From positions 17,422,001-17,486,000 of the forward strand of contig OZ038378.1 in NCBI GenBank assembly GCA_964036045.1: a stretch of DNA of 64,000 bases, written 5' to 3'. The position numbers were made by a program, and so were the translations under genes. Source of the stretch: Eutreptiella sp. 'Long Island Sound 2002'. Taxonomy: Eukaryota > Protista > Euglenida. Position 1 is the stretch's first letter; each line of letters opens with the position of its first letter. The notes beneath the pieces were generated by a model. That model made no database searches. It worked only from the letters and a program-made list of their open reading frames with translations, and was not told the origin of the DNA. Of the stretch, positions 56,501-64,000 are shown one piece after another.

Positions 56501-59500
56501 AAAAGGCTGTGCAGAGGCTGTTGCACAACCCCGATTCCGGAGCTGACCTTCATCAACGCTCCGTTTCGGAATTGTCCCAAGAGACGGAAAGACATCGTGT
56601 TGAGTGTTTTGAAACTCGGTCTGAGGCTGCCAATTGTACAATGCCGGGCATGCAGCTGGAGCATGGACACACCGACTGGGTCATCGCTGTTGCCACCTGG
56701 GGCCCGTGGTTCGTGACGGCTTCATTCGATGGGACCGCTCGAGTATGGGACGAAAGCGATCACTTGATTGCAGCACTGACTGGTCATAAGACCGGCATCT
56801 GCTGTCTGCTGGTGCACAACAATGTGCTGTACACCGGATCCGACGACTCGACGATTGGCGTTTGGGACAACTCCATTGCCTTCGTCGGGTACTTGGAGGG
56901 GCACGAAGGTGCTGTGTATGGCTTGACGGTGTGGCAGTCCCACATCACCAGCTGCTCCAAAGATGGGACCATCAAGACATGGAACGAGCGCGGTGCAGTG
57001 ATGCAAACCCTACAGCCAGGGGACACATCATTGTACTGTTTGGCTGTTCAGGAGGGGCTGCTGTACTGCGGTGGGTACGACGGGTCGATTTATGTTTACG
57101 ACGCCAGCGGGAGTATGATGAAGCGGATGGAGGGTCATGAGGGCGTTGTATTCTGCCTTTGCGTCCATGGGGACTTGCTACTGAGCGGGTCTGGCGACAA
57201 AAGCATCCGCATGTGGGACGGCGATCACAAAGAGGTAGGGCAGATGCAGGGGCACACTGGTGTGGTCTCCGCACTTCTAGTGCACGAGGGGACGGTGATC
57301 AGTGCGTCATATGACAAAGCAATTTTTTTATGGAGTGCTGAAGGACATCTGCAGAAGGAGCTGCTGGGGCACGACAGCATGGTGCTGTCGTTGTGCATTT
57401 CGCGAGGCCGCCTGATCAGTGGGTCTGCGGATGGCGTTCTTTGTGTCTGGGGGGACGCCTTACTGCAGGGGGAGGGCTGCTGCATTAGTCCTTTTTGGCA
57501 CGTTGGCCTACCACCACAGGAGTCTTCAGATCTGACCAATTGCAACGCTACACGAGACGTCGAAGCCCCGCTCTCAGCCTGGCGAAAACGAGAGCAGCAG
57601 ATGTTTCCTCTGAAGCAGTTGATCAACTGCAATGGCCACCGTAGATCCACGATTTTGGCTGCGGAGGAGGAGGCGTTTGCCTGCATCCTGAAGCAGCATT
57701 CACAGCAGTGGCAAGGTGTCAGCACAAAGAAACGCAATGCTGTTGCATCTGGCGAAGCCCTGCCAGTTGGCGGTGGGCAAACTCGAGAGAGAGCAATCGG
57801 ACGACTCGAGCATGGACACACTGACTGGGTGGCAGCCATTGGCAGTTGGGGGTGGTGGATTGTGACAGGGTCATTCGATGGAACAGCCCGGGTCTGGGAC
57901 CGAGAACTAGGATTGAAGGCGGAGCTCACTGGTCACAAGCGCGGCATCTGTTCTCTGCTGGTGCACAACAATGTGCTGTACACAGGTTCGGAAGACTCGA
58001 CGATTGGCGTTTGGGACAACTCCATTGCATCTGTTCGAAGCTTTGAAGGGCACGACGATGCCGTGTATGGCTTGGCTGTGTGGCAGTCCCACATCACCAG
58101 CTGCTCCAAAGATGGGACCATCAAGACATGGAACGAGCGCGGTGCAGTGATGCAAACCCTACAGCCAGGGGACACATCATTGTACTGTTTGGCTGTTCGG
58201 GAGGGGCTGCTGTACTGCGGTGGGTACGACGGGTCGATTTATGTTTACGACGCCAGCGGGAGTATGATGAAGCGGATGGAGGGTCATGAGGGCGTTGTAT
58301 TCTGCCTTTGCGTCCATGGGGACTTGCTACTGAGCGGGTCTGGCGACAAAAGCATCCGCATGTGGGACGGCGATCACAAAGAAGTAGGGCAGATGCAGGG
58401 GCACACCGGTGTGGTCTCCGCACTTCTAGTGCACGAGAGGACGGTGATCAGTGCGTCTTATGACAACAGCGTTCGGATGTGGAGTGCTGAAGGAGATCTG
58501 CAGAAGGAGCTGCTGGGGCACGACAGCATGGTGCTGTCGTTGTGCATTTCGCGAGGCCACCTGATCAGTGGGTCCGCAGATGGCGCTCTTTGTGTTTGGC
58601 GTGGACACCATAATGACGGCAGTCCCCCTTTCGAAACTACCCATGGTCATCAACAGTGCTGTGGGACGTCTCAGGGGCCAACCGCTACGGAAGCTGCACA
58701 TCAAGTTCCGTATGTGGTTCGTCTAAGGACACCTGTTTTCAAGGTCATCAGGTCCTCCCAACGCCTATCCATTCCCTCCTGTGCGGAGGATATCTCCTCC
58801 GGCAAGCAACGTGCTGATAACAGGCAAGACAACAGGACCATACCTCACGCTGAGGCACCTGTCGACGGTTGTACAGATCCCAGTTTGACGCCAAGCAAAC
58901 GGATCGAGCACGGACACACCGACTGGGTCATCGCTGTTGCCACCTGGGGCCCGTGGTTCGTGACGGCTTCATTCGATGGGAGCGCTCGAGTATGGGACGA
59001 AAGCGATCACTTGATTGCAGCACTGACTGGTCATAAGACCGGCATCTGCTGTCTGCTGGTGCACAACAATGTGCTGTACACCGGATCCGACGACTCGACG
59101 ATTGGCGTTTGGGACAACTCCATTGCCTTCGTCGGGTACTTGGAGGGGCACGAAGGTGCTGTGTATGGCTTGACGGTGTGGCAGTCCCACATCACCAGCT
59201 GCTCCAAAGATGGGACCATCAAGACATGGAACGAGCGCGGTGCAGTGATGCAAACCCTACAGCCAGGGGACACATCATTGTACTGTTTGGCTGTTCGGGA
59301 GGGGCTGCTGTACTGCGGTGGGTACGACGGGTCGATTTATGTTTACGACGCCAGCGGGAGTATGATGAAGCGGATGGAGGGTCATGAGGGCGTTGTATTC
59401 TGCCTTTGCGTCCATGGGGACTTGCTACTGAGCGGGTCTGGCGACAAAAGCATCCGCATGTGGGACGGCGATCACAAAGAGGTAGGGCAGATGCAGGGGC

Positions 59501-61110
59501 ACACTGGTGTGGTCTCCGCACTTCTAGTGCACGAGGGGACGGTGATCAGTGCGTCTTACGACAAAGCAATTTTTTTATGGAGTGCTGAAGGACATCTGCA
59601 GAAGGAGCTGCTGGGGCACGACAGCATGGTGCTGTCGTTGTGCATTTCGCGAGGCCACCTGATCAGTGGGTCCGCAGATGGCGTTCTTTGTGTTTGGGTG
59701 AACGAGTGCAGACCCACGCATGTACACACTATCAGTCCCTCTTTGCACACCCCTACTCCGCAGCATTCCCGATGTCTGCTATCCTCTGACACAGCAGAAC
59801 CTGCCCATCAGGCGCCATTTGTAGTTTGCATGGGGGCTCAACAGTCCACCCGTTCCAGCACCTCAACATCAACTCTGGAAATTGCATCTGCGACGAAAAC
59901 CGCAGCACGGTACAGTGGAGATCGCTACTCCGCCGTGCACCTGCATGATAACGTGGCACCATCGACACGCCTACACCACGGACACACCGACTGGGTCATT
60001 GCTCTCGCCAGTTGGGGCCCGTGGTTCGTGACAGCGTCATTCGATGGGACCGCTCGAGTGTGGGGCGAAAACGATGAACTGAAAGCGGAGCTGACTGGTC
60101 AGAAGACTGGCATCTGCTGTCTGCTGGTGCACAACAATGTGCTGTACACCGGATCCGACGACTCGACGATTGGAGTGTGGGGCCGATCAATGGTATTCAG
60201 CCGATTCTTTGAAGGGCATGGAGGTGCTGTGTATGGCTTGACGGTGTGGCAGTCCCACATCACCAGCTGCTCCAAAGATGGGACCATCAAGACATGGAAC
60301 GAGCGCGGTGCAGTGATGCAAACCCTACAGCCAGGGGACACATCATTGTACTGTTTGGCTGTTCGGGAGGGGCTGCTGTACTGCGGTGGGTACGACGGGT
60401 CGATTTATGTTTACGACGCCAGCGGGAGTATGATGAAGCGGATGGAGGGGCATGAGGGCGTTGTATTCTGCCTTTGCGTCCATGGGGGCTTGCTACTGAG
60501 CGGGTCTGGCGACAAAAGCATCCGCATGTGGGACGGCGATCACAAAGAGGTAGGGCAGATGCAGGGGCACACTGGTGTGGTCTCCGCACTTCTAGTGCAC
60601 GAGGGGACGGTGATCAGTGCGTCTTATGACAACAGCATTCGGATGTGGAGTGCAGAAGGAGATCTGCAGAAGGAGCTGCTGGGGCACGACAGCATGGTGC
60701 TGTCGTTGTGCATTTCGCGAGGCCGCCTGATCAGTGGGTCCGCAGACAGCACGTTGTGTACGTGGGCAACAGGATTTGACAACGGAGAGAGTGATTCTGT
60801 CCGCTCTGCTCATCTGCCACACCCTGTGCCTTGCAAACACCCTCGTTCGCGTTTGCTGTCGTCATCAGCAGGAGCGGCTGAAGTGCCGTCCTTAAGTTCC
60901 CCTATCAAACAGCACCAGGCCTTTGTGAGGGAGCACGTGTTGCGTCTTTGTGCCATCAAACACTCTCTGTTGGTGGCTGCCGAGGAAGAGGCTTTTGCTG
61001 GACTGTGCCAGAAGCATATGGCGTTCATGCGCGACACCTGCGACGTCTGCGACAATTTTGCGTGTTGGTACATTACTGGCGACTGGAATGAACGAGACGG
61101 CGTGCAGTAA
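53572..61110 (+). CDS. Giant WD40 protein (2512 aa), six tandem 7-bladed propellers
   Basis: Six modules start at about 54301, 55701, 56656, 57806, 58903 and 59971, each with 7 GH...W-type repeats. No stops or introns in 7.5 kb. The 5' end may be spliced from an upstream exon. Confidence 0.93.
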   Translation: MALILPGKNASAGVFVDSDKSLDDIPVNVILRNRRHPLPQPSTLTPQLAKQCNPLKALRACEQASAIVLSDGGPPIHDAPIVKVLRKKLLKQDLREHHHEIARLDSGLAREFTQFKMSLGAAKQQQVHAEALVTHLRRCRKKAAWPSMEIAQSPQADGKEQAPYLLCLRTQQHAATRKHLVSLYGEGRSTLLAAAEEAFASLYQQHMSEWQVICTKKARVAEPHAELALAGGKLQVPEAVTKRLEHGHSDCIIAVANWGSWFVTASFDGTARVWDEQDGLKTALATGVCCLLVHSNLLHTGSGDSTIKLWDTSMVLVRTLEGHKGTVYDLTVWQSHITSCSKDGTIKTWNERGAVMQTLQPGDTALRCLAVREGLLYCGGYDGSIYVYDASGSMMKRMEGHEGVVFCLCVHGGLLLSGSGDKSIRMWDRKYGEVGQMQGHTGVVSALLVHEGTVISASHDKSIRMWSAEGDLQKELLGHDSMVLSLCISRGRLISGSADGVLCVWGETSEHENEHDFKPVPDSDPQYITATETGVNAFDAPSISAQQQVSLQQLANFECMKRSILVTTAEEVFGRLCTQRAKEWQALRMNSPHWVKQEQAFARKAVAWSDLRTRAALLAAEEEAYACLYTQHVRRWQHVCWTSRDWAGQMQALAQQEMVDLEVKDRSMLEAAADEAFARLQKQRRHESWGICMRQAQAAVPQDGVLPCKQLEHGHTDWVVAVASWGSFFVTASFDGTTRVWDENDELKAVRTSHKNGVFCLLVHNNVLYTGSGDSTIGLWDGSLAFLRTLEGHDDAVYGLTVWQSHITSCSKDGTIKTWNERGAVMQTLQPGDTSLYCLAVREGLLYCGGYDGSIYVYDASGSMMKRMEGHEGVVFCLCVHGDLLLSGSGDKSIRMWDGDHKEVGQMQGHTGVVSALLVHEGTMISASYDSNIFLSTTDGKLKHVLRGHDSMVLSLAISRGRLISGSADSTLCVWAEKAVQRLLHNPDSGADLHQRSVSELSQETERHRVECFETRSEAANCTMPGMQLEHGHTDWVIAVATWGPWFVTASFDGTARVWDESDHLIAALTGHKTGICCLLVHNNVLYTGSDDSTIGVWDNSIAFVGYLEGHEGAVYGLTVWQSHITSCSKDGTIKTWNERGAVMQTLQPGDTSLYCLAVQEGLLYCGGYDGSIYVYDASGSMMKRMEGHEGVVFCLCVHGDLLLSGSGDKSIRMWDGDHKEVGQMQGHTGVVSALLVHEGTVISASYDKAIFLWSAEGHLQKELLGHDSMVLSLCISRGRLISGSADGVLCVWGDALLQGEGCCISPFWHVGLPPQESSDLTNCNATRDVEAPLSAWRKREQQMFPLKQLINCNGHRRSTILAAEEEAFACILKQHSQQWQGVSTKKRNAVASGEALPVGGGQTRERAIGRLEHGHTDWVAAIGSWGWWIVTGSFDGTARVWDRELGLKAELTGHKRGICSLLVHNNVLYTGSEDSTIGVWDNSIASVRSFEGHDDAVYGLAVWQSHITSCSKDGTIKTWNERGAVMQTLQPGDTSLYCLAVREGLLYCGGYDGSIYVYDASGSMMKRMEGHEGVVFCLCVHGDLLLSGSGDKSIRMWDGDHKEVGQMQGHTGVVSALLVHERTVISASYDNSVRMWSAEGDLQKELLGHDSMVLSLCISRGHLISGSADGALCVWRGHHNDGSPPFETTHGHQQCCGTSQGPTATEAAHQVPYVVRLRTPVFKVIRSSQRLSIPSCAEDISSGKQRADNRQDNRTIPHAEAPVDGCTDPSLTPSKRIEHGHTDWVIAVATWGPWFVTASFDGSARVWDESDHLIAALTGHKTGICCLLVHNNVLYTGSDDSTIGVWDNSIAFVGYLEGHEGAVYGLTVWQSHITSCSKDGTIKTWNERGAVMQTLQPGDTSLYCLAVREGLLYCGGYDGSIYVYDASGSMMKRMEGHEGVVFCLCVHGDLLLSGSGDKSIRMWDGDHKEVGQMQGHTGVVSALLVHEGTVISASYDKAIFLWSAEGHLQKELLGHDSMVLSLCISRGHLISGSADGVLCVWVNECRPTHVHTISPSLHTPTPQHSRCLLSSDTAEPAHQAPFVVCMGAQQSTRSSTSTSTLEIASATKTAARYSGDRYSAVHLHDNVAPSTRLHHGHTDWVIALASWGPWFVTASFDGTARVWGENDELKAELTGQKTGICCLLVHNNVLYTGSDDSTIGVWGRSMVFSRFFEGHGGAVYGLTVWQSHITSCSKDGTIKTWNERGAVMQTLQPGDTSLYCLAVREGLLYCGGYDGSIYVYDASGSMMKRMEGHEGVVFCLCVHGGLLLSGSGDKSIRMWDGDHKEVGQMQGHTGVVSALLVHEGTVISASYDNSIRMWSAEGDLQKELLGHDSMVLSLCISRGRLISGSADSTLCTWATGFDNGESDSVRSAHLPHPVPCKHPRSRLLSSSAGAAEVPSLSSPIKQHQAFVREHVLRLCAIKHSLLVAAEEEAFAGLCQKHMAFMRDTCDVCDNFACWYITGDWNERDGVQ

Positions 61111-63004
61111 GCTCGCCTCTCAATGAGCTGGCAGGGTAAGCGGTGCTTCAGCTCCAGTCCAATGGCCATTCCACCTTCAACACCCCAACATGGTTTTCTA
61201 ACATGAAGAGGGTCGCCCAACAAGTGACCTGGGGCTTGTGGGCGGTGGACTGGGCTTAGGAACTTACGGAGCCGGAAGCCCTGGAATCCGAGGGCAAGTC
61301 TGAAAATGCACGTCCTGTGATGAAGATGCGCTAGATTGTGTATGTTCTTCCTTGAATTGCTTGATGGGCTTTCGGATCTCATGTGCTCCGCAAAAAGCAG
61401 GCCAGAGCTTGTGAAATGTATCAAGCAAAAAGAATATGACTCAAGACGTGCACTTATTGACCATTACCCATGCAATCCGATGCCCAGGCAAAATGCCGCT
61501 CTGTGGATAGATGGATGACTGGATGGAAGTATCGACACTTATATGGGTAAATGTGTGTGTTTGTCTGCATGGGTAGACGACTGTTTGACGTGTGTGCATG
61601 GGTGCAAGGTCTTTGTGGTATGCCACGAGCAGTGGTGTTGATATCCAGAGCTGGTATGCCGTAGGCTCGCCCTCTGGATGAATTACGCAGCAATTGCTGC
61701 CCGCAACTGCCAACCATTTCATGTAATCTTGCTGATCCTAGCACCGCTACGCAGCAATTGCTTCTTAGTGCCTGCCTCCCACGGTCAGCTGATCACGATG
61801 ACCACTTGGTGCGCAGAACACCCTCCCTCAACTGATCATCATTCTTGTAAGACGCAACCACTAAATTCCTATCACAGTGCCTGCTTTTCTGGTCGGGAAT
61901 GAATCCGACTGGGCCACGTTTCCAGTCAGTCCAGAAAGTGAGAAAGGTGCCCCTGATGGTCGCGCATCAGATACAAGGAAATCTGCTGAGGCCCAGATCA
62001 AGCGGATGGGGAAATGGGAAGACAACAACTGAGGACACAGCACTTCCCCTACCTGCATGGTTACGTCTCAGCAGTGCTGTGTGGCTGTGGAGGCTGGTGC
62101 TTATCCCCTTTGCAGTGGGTGAGCGTCTGTGAATTGGATGTATGTCTCACTGATGTCGAAGTAGGTGTCGTCTACATGTGGTGAGATCAGGTCAGGGGGA
62201 GTAGGGGAAGGGGGCACCTCTGTCAGGTGGGTCTCGTCTCCTCATTTCGGTATGGGTATTGGAATGCTGTTGTGGACAGCAATATTTTTGTCCTAAAAAA
62301 AGAGCAAAGACTCTTGGGTGTTCCAAAGGAATAGTCATTGCTTTGATTCATGTGTAGATCTTGAGATCCTTGGTAAAGCAATGGTATAGTCAAAAGCCAT
62401 GATCAACTGCATGTGCATGTGCCTTCTCTGCTGTGGTCATCACTATTTCATCCAGCAGTTCCATGAAGTTTTCAACAGGATCATTTGCAGAAATAGACGA
62501 CGCCTATCATAAATATGTGTTTTTTCCTCGCTATCTTCGAAGAAACTTGTGTAGCTTTTCCTGTCATGTTTTCTTCGGCAAATGCAGGTACCCCCCCCCC
62601 CCCGTGGCTTGATTTGTTCCGCCGGGTATCGAGACCTAATCAGCAAAGGAGCACCTCTCTTTCCTTTGTGTATGGATAGGCTGGTTTGGCTCCACAGAGG
62701 CGTGTTCCGTTTGTGGTACCAAGGAGGCGTGGTTTGCAGTCACAGAGCCCCGGAGATCCACTGCGAGTTGAACAACACCATCCTGATTCCCAGACGGATG
62801 CACAGCTGCGTGTGGCATGTGTACAACACCCAGCAGTTGTCCAAGACCCGCTTTGTCTCAGTCATGGATGCTCTATAAAATTCCGACGTGGTGCCAATAA
62901 GCATGGGGGGCTGATGAATCTAATGTTCAGTAATACAACATGGCTTTTGTTACTCCCCCTCACCTTATCCGCACCCTTGTCTAAGGTAAGCCTTTGTCCA
63001 AGGT

Positions 63005-63487
63005 ACCCCCCCTTGAAATCTCCCCCCCTCTTGCAACCCCCCCCCCCCCCCCCGCGGGGGGGAGATCTTCACTTCACTTTGTTGCTAGGCAATATCTGTT
63101 GCGGTGGTTTATGTTCCCATCTGTCGCACACACGTTCTTGCTTGCTTTCCCTTTACTTCGAATCAGTCACCTGTGTGTATTCTGTGATATTCTCTCTCTA
63201 ACAGCGGTGTGCAGGGTGTCGTGCATTCTCGTTCCCAGAAATTCTTTATCGTTCCTTTGGACCCCCAATAGCATCCGTGTTACATGAATGACGTTGGCAG
63301 AGCATCAATGCAAAAGTCGCTTCACTTGCGTTCTGTTTGCTTGCATCAGTGGAGGGTGCCACAGTTTGCCTTGAAATACCCTTGCAATCCCCCCCCCCCC
63401 AGGGGGGGAGACCGTCACTTGGCGACCGTCTCCCCCCCCCCCCCGGGGAGACCGTCGCGCGCTACGGGGGGAGATTTTAAGGGGGGG
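63005..63487. mobile_element. Putative TIR MITE (Tc1/mariner-like)
   Basis: About 23-bp TIR CCCCCCCTT(G/A)AAATCTCCCCCC, with TA on the left and TG on the right. The subterminal gtcacttggc motif is shared with the 35689 element. Confidence 0.6.
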
Positions 63488-64000
63488 TGTCTGAGGTGCA
63501 GTGGGCGTACACGCTACACAATTTTGACGTTTGGAACCATATACAATGTTGCAGCAAGACAAGTGGGTTTCGGGCTGAAATTGTGTGGAGATGGCGAGGG
63601 TACGGTGAGAGTTGTGGTGTGCATTAGTCCTCGGGACAGGCCTTTGCTCAGTAGAGTGGACACCCCAATGGGCGGGGGGCGGGTCGTGCCTGCCTTATTC
63701 ATGCCGTCCCCCCTCCCGTCACCTTCCCTTCCCTGTGGCTGAGAAAAGACCTGACCCCAGGAGAAGACAATTATAAATGAATATTTGCAGTTTGTTGTAA
63801 CGTCGGATCACGCACCGGATGAAGGATGGGCATGCAAGTGTGTCAATGCTGCCCACACACAATGCAGTCTTGTCCAGGGCACATTGCGCTTCCGGACTGC
63901 ACGAATGTGGGACTGGCCGGAGGGGTAAGGATGGGACGAAGGGCAGCAGGGCAGGGGGCCGGTTGCGTCTGTGGTGCATCGCCATACAGTTTGATGAGCT

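Overview
Eukaryotic nuclear DNA, most plausibly from a photosynthetic euglenid. This is an inference from GC3-rich exons with GT-AG introns, (Y)nAG acceptors just upstream of ATGs, and a decaying plastid-type ycf4-trnQ-trnS-trnY insertion. Host genes: a 4-exon NOX/ferric-reductase family gene carrying an EF-hand pair inserted in its NADPH-binding domain (minus, 9737-18123); a renalase-like FAD oxidoreductase (37961-39718); an intronless F-box/RI-like LRR gene disrupted by duplicated compensating frameshifts (about 21705-25798); and a 2512-aa ORF with six near-identical 7-bladed WD40 propellers (53572-61110). The most striking part is a nested transposon complex. A piggyBac-like element (41542-50297) has non-TTAA ends, and its transposase exon appears spliceable in frame to three upstream exons, with a competing short terminal exon. 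An apparently intact DIRS tyrosine-recombinase retrotransposon (45492-49917; ITRs, ICR, gag, RT-RNaseH-MT, YR) is inserted inside it. A decayed hAT-like transposase lies next to it. The rest is rich in MITEs (hAT-type with 8-bp TSDs, Tc1/mariner-type with TA), minisatellites and degenerate unidentified ORFs. All coordinates and alignments were worked out by eye; no database search was run.
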